A stretch of DNA of 64,000 nucleotides from positions 27,597 through 91,596 of the forward strand of contig DCVK01000054.1 of NCBI GenBank assembly GCA_002335385.1. Reading direction: 5' to 3'. Below are positions 49,626 through 58,369 of the stretch, one piece after another. Both the position numbers and the translations under genes were made by a program. Positions within the stretch are counted from its first letter, which is position 1. Each line of letters starts with the position of its first letter. The notes under the pieces are model-generated. The model had not been told where the DNA came from and did not search any database. It saw nothing but the letters and a program-made list of their open reading frames with translations. The DNA is from Candidatus Aminicenantes bacterium UBA2190 (GTDB lineage Bacteria > Acidobacteriota > Aminicenantia > UBA2199).

Positions 49626-51269
49626 ATGAAACTGAAGAATGTCTTGACCCTGTCCTTGCTGGCCGGCCTGGTCCTGCTGGCGGCGCCGCTGGTCGCCGCC
49701 GCTGAACCGGTTTATGGCCATGTTTCGTTTGTCGACAACGGCGCCATGGTGCTGCGCGAAGATGGCAGCAAGGATGCGGCCGTGGTCAACCTGCCGCTGG
49801 CCCCGGGCGATACGGTCGTCACCTCCGCCGGCGGCCGCTGCGAGATGCAGTTCGACAACGGCACCGTCGTCCGGCTGGACAAGGGGTCGCGCCTGCGATT
49901 GGCCACGGTGCTGGCCCCCAGCCTGACCTCGAACTGGAAGATCACCACCCTGGAGCTGGAGAGAGGGCAGCTGTATGCCCTGCCCCAGTCTTACGCCCGG
50001 GAGATGTTCCAGGTCGTCACGCCCAACGCCGCCGCCAGCCTGAAGACCCGGGTGCGGGCCTATATCCGCCTGGACGACGGCGGCGGCACGTCCTTCTTCT
50101 CCGACGGCGGCAAGTTCCAGCTGCTCTACGGCGCCGACGGCCGTTCGCTGAAAAAAGTCACGGTCAAGTCGAACCATCCCGTGGCGGTCGGTGCCGGCCA
50201 TGCGCTGGCCGCGCGGGTGGAGAAAAGGGATATCGAGTTCATGGCCTGGAACGAGTACGTCGACAAGCATTTCAAGGAACTGCATTACGGCGTCAGCAAG
50301 GTGCCGCCCAGGCTCAAGTTCGGCAACACATCGCTGCGCTACTGGGCGGAAAAGTGGTCTTCCCGTTACGGAGAGTGGATCTACGACGAGCTGTTCGGCT
50401 ATGTCTGGCGGCCGGCCGATGAGCGTTTCGCCTACGCCGCCCGCCCCTTTTTCCATGCCGATTTCACGCGCATCGGCGACGAGCTGTTCCTGGTCCCGCA
50501 GCAGGCCTGGGGCTGGGTGCCGGCCCATATGGGTACCTGGGTGTGGATGAGCCGCGGCTGGACCTGGGTCCCCGGCGAATGGTTCCATCCGGGAATCGTC
50601 GATTACGCCGGCCTGTATTCTTACCCGATCCATGCCCATTACTATGGATTCCCCACATTCGATTACTATTGGCACAAATACCGTTTCTGGATGTCGGGAT
50701 GGAACTACTTGGCCCCCGGCGAGCCCGGCTGGCCGAACCGCCCGCCCAAAAAACCCGAGCTGCCGGGACCGGTGATCACGCTGATCAAGAAAGTCATCAA
50801 GGCGCCCGACGGCAACGAGGGCAAGCGCCAGGCCACCGGCAAGGCCGGGGCGCCCATCGAGGGCGTGAAGCTGCCGGTCGCTCCGAAGCCCAGCCTGCGG
50901 GGGCCGGCCGCCGGCGCCGCGGTCAAGGCCGGCATGCCGCCGGCGCCAAGGGGCGGCGGCGGAGGCACACCCGCCGGCATTCTGCTGAAGCGCGACTGGA
51001 ATCCCGACAGCCGCTGGGCGGCGCGGCGATCCTTGACCATCCGTTATGCGGGCAATTCCGTGGTGCTCCCTGAGCTGGGCCTTTCCTCGGACAAGGTGCA
51101 GGGAGTCGACCGCGTCCGGCTGCGGGAGTCGTCCCGTCGTGAACTCTTCGGGACCCCGGCGGCCAGATCGGGGGAGAATTCCAGCTCCGCTTCCGACTCG
51201 GCGGCGCGTACGCAGGGTTCCTCCCAGGGCGATTCCGGGGAGCGCGCCCACAAGGACGACGGCAGATAG
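49626..51269 (+). CDS. Exported FecR-domain protein with Trp-rich DUF6600-like region and low-complexity tail
   Basis: NLPL.PGD.V.T...GRCEMQFDNGTVVRLD FecR pattern; YGEW....FGYVWRP, WGWVPAH.G.W, GWTWVPG. Confidence 0.8.
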   Translation: MKLKNVLTLSLLAGLVLLAAPLVAAAEPVYGHVSFVDNGAMVLREDGSKDAAVVNLPLAPGDTVVTSAGGRCEMQFDNGTVVRLDKGSRLRLATVLAPSLTSNWKITTLELERGQLYALPQSYAREMFQVVTPNAAASLKTRVRAYIRLDDGGGTSFFSDGGKFQLLYGADGRSLKKVTVKSNHPVAVGAGHALAARVEKRDIEFMAWNEYVDKHFKELHYGVSKVPPRLKFGNTSLRYWAEKWSSRYGEWIYDELFGYVWRPADERFAYAARPFFHADFTRIGDELFLVPQQAWGWVPAHMGTWVWMSRGWTWVPGEWFHPGIVDYAGLYSYPIHAHYYGFPTFDYYWHKYRFWMSGWNYLAPGEPGWPNRPPKKPELPGPVITLIKKVIKAPDGNEGKRQATGKAGAPIEGVKLPVAPKPSLRGPAAGAAVKAGMPPAPRGGGGGTPAGILLKRDWNPDSRWAARRSLTIRYAGNSVVLPELGLSSDKVQGVDRVRLRESSRRELFGTPAARSGENSSSASDSAARTQGSSQGDSGERAHKDDGR

Positions 51270-51284
51270 CGGGGATCTTCCCGG

Positions 51285-51320
51285 CCCGGCCCGTTCCGGA
51301 GAGGGGGGCCGGGCTTCTTT
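51285..51320 (+). terminator. Intrinsic terminator between convergent genes
   Basis: GCCCGGCCC...GGGCCGGGC stem followed by TTCTTT. Confidence 0.55.
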
Positions 51321-51327
51321 GCCGGCG

Positions 51328-52785
51328 TCAGCCGTCGGCCGCGTTTTTTTTCGGCAGCAGGAACGTGGCCGCCACGGCGACGAAGCCGGCGACGAAGAAA
51401 GTGAGCAGGCGCGAGGTGATCCTGGCGTTCATGCCGCTCAGGCTCCACAGCACGGTGAACAGCAGCCCGCTGACGATGGTGGCGATCACCGCCCGGCCGT
51501 GGTAGCGCTTCCAGAACAGGGTGAAGATGATGACGACGGAGAAGGTGCCGCCGATGCCGGCCCAGACGTAGCCGACCACGGTGAAAATGAGCCGAGTGGG
51601 CATGAGGTAGGCCAGGGCCAGGGCGACGGCCGCCAGCAGGGCGGTGATGCGCCGCGACCGCGCCAGGCAGGCGTTCGCATCGTTCCGTTCCACCCGCGGC
51701 GGCGCCAGGTTCTCCGCCAGTTCCGATGCCGACAGCACCAGCAGCGAATCGGCGGTGGAGACCATGGCGGCGATGGCGCCGGAGATCAGCACCGCGGCCA
51801 GCGCCGGGGGAAAGAGCTTCAGCAGCACCGCCGGCAGCACGTGCTCCTGGTCGGCCAGGCCGGCCGGCCCGAAGATGGCGATGCCGATCCAACCGATGGC
51901 CAGGGCGCCGCCGTAGGCGGCCAGGGTCCAGGCAATGCCGATGTTTCTGGCTTTCCTGGCCTGGGCGGTGTCCCTGATGGCCATGAAGCGCATGCTCAGC
52001 TGCGGCTGGCCGCCCAGGTAGCCGAAAAACCATGAGAAGCCCGCCATGATCATCACCCCGGCGGCGAAGCCCGAAGCGGCCCCGGTCAGCGAGGCATAGC
52101 TCGGCCCGGCCGCCGCCAGCGCCCGCGGGATCGAGGCGGCGAACAGTCCCGGGGTGCGGGCAATATACAAAATGCCGACGATGGGCGTGACGACCAGGGT
52201 GACGATCATCAGGACGGCCTGCACGCAGTCGGTGTAGACGACGCTGCGGAAACCGCCGTAGATGGTGTAGGGGACGATGACCAGCGCCGTGAGCAGCATG
52301 CCCCATTGTTCCGGCAGGCCGAAGAGGGTGAAGAGCGTCTTGCCGCCGCCGAGGAACTGGGCGCCGACATAGAAGAAAAAGAAGAAGACGATGGTCAGGC
52401 TGGCGACGGCGCGGATCGGTTTCTCCATTTCGCCGTGTCGCTTGGCGATATACTCGCTGAAAGTGTTCACCCGAAAGCGTTCGGCCTCGTCGCGCAGCCG
52501 CCAGGCCAGCCCCGCCCAGGCGGTGATGATGCCGGCCACGCAGCCGAGCGCGGTCCACACCTCGACCAGCCCGGTGGCGTAGGCCATGCCCGGCAGCCCC
52601 AGCAGGGCCCACGAAGATTCGCCGGTGGCCCGTTCCGAGAGTGCCGCCGCCCAGCCGGGCAGATTGCGGCCGGCAATGGCGTAATCGCAGCTGTTCTTGA
52701 CCTTGTGCCCTTGGTAGAGCCCCCATAGGATCAACAGAATGAAATACCCCGCCATGACCAGCAGCATCTGCGCGAACCCCGTCAT
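51328..52785 (-). CDS. Sodium:solute symporter, PutP-like
   Basis: AGRNL..W.AALS, SSWALLGLPG, GGFRSVVYTD, GYLGGQPQ..RFMA, AAMVSTADSLL. Confidence 0.9.
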   Translation of the reverse strand: MTGFAQMLLVMAGYFILLILWGLYQGHKVKNSCDYAIAGRNLPGWAAALSERATGESSWALLGLPGMAYATGLVEVWTALGCVAGIITAWAGLAWRLRDEAERFRVNTFSEYIAKRHGEMEKPIRAVASLTIVFFFFFYVGAQFLGGGKTLFTLFGLPEQWGMLLTALVIVPYTIYGGFRSVVYTDCVQAVLMIVTLVVTPIVGILYIARTPGLFAASIPRALAAAGPSYASLTGAASGFAAGVMIMAGFSWFFGYLGGQPQLSMRFMAIRDTAQARKARNIGIAWTLAAYGGALAIGWIGIAIFGPAGLADQEHVLPAVLLKLFPPALAAVLISGAIAAMVSTADSLLVLSASELAENLAPPRVERNDANACLARSRRITALLAAVALALAYLMPTRLIFTVVGYVWAGIGGTFSVVIIFTLFWKRYHGRAVIATIVSGLLFTVLWSLSGMNARITSRLLTFFVAGFVAVAATFLLPKKNAADG

Positions 52786-52869
52786 GTTCCCTCCTGGAAT
52801 TTCAGACGCGAAGCGACAGTTTAGAAAATGGCGGCGGATTTTTCAATGCCCCGCGGCCACTTGTCCGGA

Positions 52870-53151
52870 TTATTTATACAGACAGAGATAGGCGCTTTCC
52901 TCGGCGACCTTCAATTGAAATTTTTTTTTGGCGGCAACGGCGAATTTCTTGCCGGGTCCGTACGCTCTCCAGGTCTTTCTGCCGGGGAGCTTGACCGTCA
53001 GCTTGCCGCTGATAACCTGCATGATCTCCAGCGTCGCGGTGGCGAACTCGTACTCGCCGGGCGCCATGACGCCGATAGTGGCCGGCCCCGCCGGGCTCTC
53101 GAATGCCAGCGACTTGACCTTGCCGTCGAAGTATTCGTTGACCTTGAACAT
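52870..53151 (-). CDS. ppnP: Pyrimidine/purine nucleoside phosphorylase
   Basis: [37 protein letters not shown]; GGAGG RBS; extended -10 TGtTATAAT at 53193-53185. Confidence 0.93.
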   Translation of the reverse strand: MFKVNEYFDGKVKSLAFESPAGPATIGVMAPGEYEFATATLEIMQVISGKLTVKLPGRKTWRAYGPGKKFAVAAKKKFQLKVAEESAYLCLYK

Positions 53152-53203
53152 GATGGCGTGCCTCCTTTTCTGGAATTCCCCTGGATTATAACACAAGCAA
53201 TAT

Positions 53204-53319
53204 AGTGAAAAGTGAAATGTGAAAAGTGAAAAGTGGGAAGAAAAAGCGAAAAGAATGGGCAAAATTTTCCAATATTGGTTTTTTTCTTACATTTTACTTT
53301 TCACTTTTCACTATTCACG
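53204..53319. repeat. Palindromic heptamer element: 5x AGTGAAA arm and inverted 5x TTTCACT arm
   Basis: agtgaaa agtgaaa tgtgaaa agtgaaa agtggga (53204-53238) ... tcttaca ttttact tttcact tttcact attcacg (53285-53319). Confidence 0.9.
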
Positions 53320-53338
53320 ATAGTTCGCTTCGGTTTGG

Positions 53339-53363
53339 GGAATATTTTGTCCTCTGGCGCGTT
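53339..53363 (+). promoter_or_regulatory. Putative ECF-type (autoregulatory) promoter
   Basis: GGAAT-16-CGTT ending 8 nt before ATG 53372. Confidence 0.5.
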
Positions 53364-53371
53364 TATAGGGT

Positions 53372-53938
53372 ATGATGCAGGAAGCGGTTATGGCAATCGA
53401 GGAGACAATGGCCCCACAGCTTGTCCTGGTCCGGGAACGATACGACCGGCAGGAGCTTCTGGCCAGCCGCGACCGGGTTTACTGCCTGTGCCTGGGCTTT
53501 GTCGGCAACGCGGCCGACGCCCGCGACCTGGCCCAGGAAACCTTCGCCAAGGCGCTGGCCCACTTCGAGGCTGATCGGCCCGCCAACCCCCAGGCCTGGA
53601 TCATGCGCATCGCGCGCAACACCTGCCTTGACCAGGCGCGGCGCAAAAAATCGCGCGGCCCCCAGCATCCCATCTCGGAGTGGCATGCCGTGGACGGGCG
53701 CACCCCGGAGAGCGAAGCCGGCCGGGAAGAGGAGATCGCCATCGTGCGCCGCGCCATCGCCGGGCTGCCGGGGCGCCTGCGCGAAGTGCTGGTCATGCGC
53801 GAGTACGGCGAGCTTTCCTACCAGGAGATCGCGCTGGCGCTCGGCATCGGCACGGGCACGGTCATGTCGCGCCTGAACCGGGCGCGTTCCGCCGTGCTGC
53901 GCTTCTATCAGGAGGAACACCATGGAAAATCAGGATAA
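53372..53938 (+). CDS. ECF RNA polymerase sigma factor (start 53372 or 53390)
   Basis: DARDLAQETF, WIMRIARNTCLD (region 2); LP...REVL.MR....LSYQEIA..LG...GTVMSRLNRAR (region 4). Confidence 0.93.
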   Translation: MMQEAVMAIEETMAPQLVLVRERYDRQELLASRDRVYCLCLGFVGNAADARDLAQETFAKALAHFEADRPANPQAWIMRIARNTCLDQARRKKSRGPQHPISEWHAVDGRTPESEAGREEEIAIVRRAIAGLPGRLREVLVMREYGELSYQEIALALGIGTGTVMSRLNRARSAVLRFYQEEHHGKSG

Positions 53939-54455
53939 GGCCTGGCGCGAGATCCAGCTGCTGATCGAGCGCGACAAGGCGGCGGCGCTGGACGAGTTCC
54001 GGCGCCTGCCGTTCCGACCCGAAGCGCCGGCCCGGCCGCCGGCGTGGTTCCGGCTGCATCCGGCCCTGGCGGCCGTCGCCGCCTCGCTGCTGCTGGCTGT
54101 CGCCCTCCTGTCTTTCTGGCTGCTGCGCGCGAACTGGGAAAGCGTCCCGACGACGCCGACTTGGAGCGGGATCCTGTCGGACTCGTTCCTCTACGCCAAG
54201 GCGGGAAGTGGGGAATCGGCCCGGTCCGTCGATGGGGCCATGGGTCCCATGTCGCCATATTTTGCCGCCTGGGCCGACACATTGGAGCGCTCGGCGACGG
54301 TCAGCGGGGAATCGCCGCGAACGTTCCCTGAGCAGATGGTCGTGGAGCGCGGCGATCCCGAGGAGGTGAGCCGCAAGATAAGTCGGGCGATCCAGGAGGA
54401 TGTCTTCGAGCGGCTTTTGTCCGACCTGCATGAATTTCACGAAAAGGAGGCATAA
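53922..54455 (+). CDS. Putative single-TM anti-sigma factor
   Basis: Overlaps sigma stop; short cytoplasmic N-terminus, one TM (ALAAVAASLLLAVALLSFWLL). Confidence 0.65.
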   Translation: MENQDKAWREIQLLIERDKAAALDEFRRLPFRPEAPARPPAWFRLHPALAAVAASLLLAVALLSFWLLRANWESVPTTPTWSGILSDSFLYAKAGSGESARSVDGAMGPMSPYFAAWADTLERSATVSGESPRTFPEQMVVERGDPEEVSRKISRAIQEDVFERLLSDLHEFHEKEA

Positions 54456-54456
54456 A

Positions 54457-55104
54457 ATGAAACATACACTGTTGGTTTTTCTGGTCCTGGCGCTTGGCCT
54501 GACCTTGCCGGCCGAGGAGAAAATGATGGCGGCGCCGGAAATGGCGGCGGCGCCGGCCGCGGCAGGAGCACCGACGACGGATGCGGCCGCTCTCAAGGAC
54601 GGCTACTCCCTGCTCAACTCGCTGCTCGGCCTGTTCGAGAATCTCGTGCCCGAAAAGAAGGCGATGCCGGGGGAAGAGAAGGTGACCAAGGGCGGACTGG
54701 CCCTGGTCGACGAAAGGCTGTCCCAGCTGGGAGTCGATTCCAGGGCGGCCCTGGAGGCCGGCCTGATCGACAAGATCTTCTTCCACCGCTACCAGCGCCT
54801 GCTGATGCACTACAAGCTGATCATCATGCCGGTGGTCCGCGGCGAGCTCCTGAAGGGGCTTTTCGAGCGGGCCATCGACGACTTCACCTGGAACGTCACC
54901 TACGAGCGCTGGGCGTGGGGGGACAAGGACGGCATCGCCAAGATGGCGGCCGCCGTGGAGGAGGAGTTCGTACAGCTGATGATCTACCTCGACACGCGCC
55001 AGAAGCGCGAGGAGCTCAAGAAGAAGATCGGCAAGCGCATGCTGCCGCCCCCCCCGCCGCCGCCCGGCTCCAAGAAGAAGCCGGCCGAAAAAAAGCCGGA
55101 ATAA
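54457..55104 (+). CDS. Exported helical hypothetical protein
   Basis: AGGAGG RBS, signal peptide, helical body, poly-Pro/Lys tail. Confidence 0.75.
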   Translation: MKHTLLVFLVLALGLTLPAEEKMMAAPEMAAAPAAAGAPTTDAAALKDGYSLLNSLLGLFENLVPEKKAMPGEEKVTKGGLALVDERLSQLGVDSRAALEAGLIDKIFFHRYQRLLMHYKLIIMPVVRGELLKGLFERAIDDFTWNVTYERWAWGDKDGIAKMAAAVEEEFVQLMIYLDTRQKREELKKKIGKRMLPPPPPPPGSKKKPAEKKPE

Positions 55105-55134
55105 AGCAGAAAATCCCCTTCCCCATTTTGCTGA

Positions 55135-55174
55135 AAGCCCGCCCTGTCTCAAGCAGCGGCGGGCTTCTTTTTTT
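55135..55174 (+). terminator. Intrinsic terminator
   Basis: AAGCCCGCC...GGCGGGCTT stem followed by a T-run. Confidence 0.75.
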
Positions 55175-55183
55175 GAAAGGAAT

Positions 55184-56194
55184 TCAATAGGTCAGGATGT
55201 GAATGGCGCTGACCGCCTTGACGGCGCGGTCGGAGAAGAAATCGGGAGCAGAGAAGATGGACCAGCGGCCGCCGTCGGCCCCCTTGCCGCGGTCGACCAG
55301 CAGGAACTCGCACTGGTCGTTGCGGTTGAACAGCTCGCTGAAGCTCAGGGCGACGCGGTAGCCGTCGACGGAAGCAACGACCAGGTAACCGCAGCGCAGC
55401 GTTTCGGGATCCAGCGCGACATGCTTCTTCAGCGCCTCGCCGAGCAGCTGGCCCCTGAAGCGCTGGATGCCGTGGAACCCCTTGCCGCGGCCGTAGAAGA
55501 CCGCGGGGAAAACGCGGAGCTCCGTCGCGGCCGCTGCGAACTTGCCGGCCTTGCCGTCGGGACCGATCACCTTGATCTCGGGAGCATATAGGGGCTTCTG
55601 CCCTTTTTCCCCCGGGACGGCGACCGGCGCCGAGAACACGGTGATGCGGGTCGGGGATTCCAGGACGCGCTCGCTGATCAGGTCGTTGCCGCAGACCAGG
55701 CGCATGGCGCCGGGCAGCGGCCAGTTCTCCAGGGTCTTGGTGGGGATGATCGGCGCCACGCGGTCGGCGATCAGCACGCGGTGCAGCGCCGTCGGGTAAT
55801 AGATCTCGCCCCAGCTCAGGACGACCTTGTCCCCCTGGGCATTCTCCACCGCCACCAGCAGGTCGATGACCGAGCTCAGTTCGGCCCGGTTCTTCTTGGC
55901 GACCGCCTTCTCTTTCAGGATGTCGAACAGCGAGTATCCGTCGTAGCGGTAGGAGCCGACGAAGGCCAGACCTTCTTTCTCCGTGCGCGCCTCGCGGACG
56001 ATGAGCGAGCGCCGCGGCAGGGAGGAGAGGTCGACCGGGCCGGGCTCGGCCACCTCGCCGAGCACCTCGACGCTCAGCGTGCCGGCCAGGTTCTTCACCG
56101 GAGTGTTATCATAGAAGTCGTTGTTCTCCTGCGCCGGGCACGACAGCGCCATGGCCAACAGGACGATTGCGGACAGGAACGTTTTTTTCATCAT
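55184..56194 (-). CDS. Exported protein with two tandem sulfite-oxidase-like (molybdopterin-binding fold) domains
   Basis: Signal peptide; repeat 1 V.GEV.EP..Y.GYSLFDIL...GDKVVLSWGEI...RLV..D...R; repeat 2 F.G.LLGEAL...VASVDGYRVALSFSELF...PDFFSDRAVKAVSAI; no Mo-ligating Cys evident. Confidence 0.7.
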   Translation of the reverse strand: MMKKTFLSAIVLLAMALSCPAQENNDFYDNTPVKNLAGTLSVEVLGEVAEPGPVDLSSLPRRSLIVREARTEKEGLAFVGSYRYDGYSLFDILKEKAVAKKNRAELSSVIDLLVAVENAQGDKVVLSWGEIYYPTALHRVLIADRVAPIIPTKTLENWPLPGAMRLVCGNDLISERVLESPTRITVFSAPVAVPGEKGQKPLYAPEIKVIGPDGKAGKFAAAATELRVFPAVFYGRGKGFHGIQRFRGQLLGEALKKHVALDPETLRCGYLVVASVDGYRVALSFSELFNRNDQCEFLLVDRGKGADGGRWSIFSAPDFFSDRAVKAVSAIHILTY

Positions 56195-56212
56195 GGTTTT
56201 CTCCTTGATCGC

Positions 56213-58132
56213 TTATTTGTTTTTGTTTCCTTCCAGGAAGAAGCGGGCGCCGAAGGTAAGGGTGCGGGCCTTCATCGGCCAGCCGGGCTCGGACCAGTAC
56301 TCGTTGTTCAGCAGGTTCTCCGCCTTCAGGTAGACGCTGACCGGACCGAAGGCCCGCTCCAGGACGGCGTTGACCACGGCATAGGGGGCGACGTCGACGA
56401 TGCCCGTGCCCGAATGGTAGATGGAGTCGGAGGCGTAAAGAAGCCAGACGGTAAGCGAGAGCAGCTCGGGGCGGTGGAAGCGGAGCGAGGCGTTCAGCTG
56501 CGAGGCGGGGATCAGGTCCAGGTCGTCGCCGGTCTCCTCGTTCTCGGTGTCGAGCCAGGTGTAGCTGGCCGCCAGCGAGACCGGTCCGAAGGCCTTGCGC
56601 GCCTCCAGCTCGAAGCCGGTGATCCGCGCCCGGGCCACATTGAGGTACTGCTTGACGAAATCGGCGTTGATGCGGCTCTCGATCATGTCGCGGATGCGGT
56701 TTTGGAAGACGGCGCCGCTGAAAAACCAGTTGCGATCGTAGGTAAAGCCGAGCTCGAGGTTGGTGCCGATCTCGTCGCGCAGGTCGGGGTTGCCGCCGTT
56801 TTCCGGCAGGCTGTAGAGGTTGCGCATGGAGGGGAAGCGCGACTTCTGCGAGAAGGCGGCGCGCAGGTCGGTCCAGCGGTTGGGATTGTACTTCACCCCC
56901 AGAATGGGATTGAGGGTGGTCTTGTTCTCGCCGTTCTGCTTGTTCAGGTGGTCGAGACTGGCTCCGGCCATGAGCTCGACCTTGTCGCTGACGCGGAAAC
57001 GGTCCTCCACGCCGAAGGAAAGGGTCTTGTGCTCATAATGTTCCCAGGGATCGCCCGCGTCGCCCTGCTGGCTGACGTCGTCGTCGCGGAAAGAGAGGCT
57101 GGCGTGCAGCTCGTGCCGGTCGCCCAGGGGCGCCATGCCCAGCACGAAGGCGCCCAGGGCGAAGTTGTCGTAGGTCGACTCCCAGGTCAGCTGCGAGAAC
57201 TGGTCGTTCCTGTAGGCGTCCAGGACGTTGTAGTGCTTGACGTAGTACATGCGCGCCTTGACGTAGCCGCCGTCCAGGACGGGAAAGCTGCCGCCCAGGT
57301 TGGCCATGAAGCGCTGCCAATCCCGGAAGCGCCAGTATTGCTTCTTGTAATAATCGGTGGCGGTTGGGATGCCGTACTCCGACTGGTAGTAGGTGACCTC
57401 GGCCATGATCTCGGAGCCGCCGCCCGGATAGTAATACAACTTTCCGCCCAGGCTGAGGCGCTCGTAGTCGCTGTTCTGGCGCGGTTCGGTTGACCCGGCA
57501 TCCACCCAGTTGAAGCCGTCCGACCCCTCGCGCGAGGCCGAAGCGGTGAACAGAAGGTTGCGGCCGCGCAGGGCGCCGCTGGCATAGGCGCCATAGGTTT
57601 TCCGGGTGCCGTAGTCCAGGCGCAGGGAGAACTGGTCGTCCGCCGGGCGCTTGCTCAGCACGTCGACGATGCCGCCCATGGCATTGGGGCCGTAGAGGAC
57701 CGACGAGGCGCCCTTGACCACCTTGACCGACTCGATCTGGTCGGCGGCGATGGACTTGAGGTCGAAGGAGTTGTAATAGGGCTCATAGACGGGAATGCCG
57801 TCGTAGAGCAGGGTGATGCGGTTGCTTCCCAGGCCGCGCAGCTTGACGCCCCATTCGTTTTTGGAGCCGGTGGAGACGTAGGCTCCCGGCGCGCTGGGCA
57901 GGATCTCGGTGAGGTCCTTGGCCTTGATGGGCTCGATCCTGGGCAACTTGAGCTCGGTGGTGGCGGCATAGGGCAGCTCGCGCGGCACCGTGGCCTCGAC
58001 CGTCACCGACTCGGTGATCATGGGCAGAACGACATCCTTTTCCCCGTCCTTTTTCTTCTCGTCCACATCCCCGGCGGCGAGGAAGAATCCGAGCAGGACC
58101 AGGCCAAGGCACAGTAGGATTAGCTTTTTCAT
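56213..58132 (-). CDS. TonB-dependent outer-membrane receptor
   Basis: Signal peptide, ESVTVEA TonB box, LRGL, DGIP, IESVKVVKGASSVLYGPNAMGGIV plug motif, GNPDL.DE, ENLLN..Y. Confidence 0.95.
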   Translation of the reverse strand: MKKLILLCLGLVLLGFFLAAGDVDEKKKDGEKDVVLPMITESVTVEATVPRELPYAATTELKLPRIEPIKAKDLTEILPSAPGAYVSTGSKNEWGVKLRGLGSNRITLLYDGIPVYEPYYNSFDLKSIAADQIESVKVVKGASSVLYGPNAMGGIVDVLSKRPADDQFSLRLDYGTRKTYGAYASGALRGRNLLFTASASREGSDGFNWVDAGSTEPRQNSDYERLSLGGKLYYYPGGGSEIMAEVTYYQSEYGIPTATDYYKKQYWRFRDWQRFMANLGGSFPVLDGGYVKARMYYVKHYNVLDAYRNDQFSQLTWESTYDNFALGAFVLGMAPLGDRHELHASLSFRDDDVSQQGDAGDPWEHYEHKTLSFGVEDRFRVSDKVELMAGASLDHLNKQNGENKTTLNPILGVKYNPNRWTDLRAAFSQKSRFPSMRNLYSLPENGGNPDLRDEIGTNLELGFTYDRNWFFSGAVFQNRIRDMIESRINADFVKQYLNVARARITGFELEARKAFGPVSLAASYTWLDTENEETGDDLDLIPASQLNASLRFHRPELLSLTVWLLYASDSIYHSGTGIVDVAPYAVVNAVLERAFGPVSVYLKAENLLNNEYWSEPGWPMKARTLTFGARFFLEGNKNK

Positions 58133-58136
58133 TTTA

Positions 58137-58177
58137 TGCAAACCTCCATTTTTTTAACGCGAACATGGAGGCCTGCA
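58137..58177 (-). promoter_or_regulatory. 13-bp hairpin sequestering the receptor Shine-Dalgarno
   Basis: mRNA UGCAGGCCUCCAU (58177-58165) pairs with AUGGAGGUUUGCA (58149-58137), two G-U pairs; GGAGG lies in the 3' strand. Confidence 0.7.
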
Positions 58178-58207
58178 GGGATGCGGCGGGATGATGCGAG
58201 AACCCAT
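58154..58207 (-). CDS. 17-aa leader ORF MGSRIIPPHPCRPPCSR
   Basis: ATG 6 nt after the riboswitch GGAGG; covers the 5' strand of the anti-SD hairpin and stops in its loop. Confidence 0.55.
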   Translation of the reverse strand: MGSRIIPPHPCRPPCSR

Positions 58208-58211
58208 AAAA

Positions 58212-58311
58212 GACCTCCTTTTCAAAGACGGAAGGCATGAGCGTTTCCGCGCATACCCTAACGGCCGCTGGGCATGGTCCCTGGGGACTTTAGCCCGGGC
58301 GGCTCGGAGTC
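58212..58311 (-). ncRNA. Moco/Tuco riboswitch, P3-less variant
   Basis: GACUCCGA (P1) GCCGC..GGGCUAAAGUCC..GGACCAUGCCCAGCGGC (P2) UUA GGGUAUGCGCG-GAAA-CGCUCAUGCCU (P4, GNRA) UUC-CGUCUUU-GAA (P5) AAGGAGGUC; matches the Moco RNA motif pattern. Confidence 0.85.
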
Positions 58312-58319
58312 AGGGAGGG

Positions 58320-58348
58320 AGTCTAGCAAAAAGTAATTAAGATGTCAA
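58320..58348 (-). promoter_or_regulatory. Sigma70 promoter of riboswitch-receptor transcript
   Basis: TTGACA-17-TAGACT with extended TG; predicted start ~58313, just before P1. Confidence 0.8.
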
Positions 58349-58369
58349 CGATTGCGGTCCAGACGTTAG

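Noticed and set aside
55043-55064. Poly-Pro C-rich run as phase-variable tract
   Set aside because: Near the C-terminus, in frame and of mixed codons; little regulatory consequence expected.
58212-58311. Cobalamin riboswitch (expected upstream of a TonB receptor)
   Set aside because: No B12-box/GGGAA...GCCACTG signature; the sequence fits the Moco motif instead.
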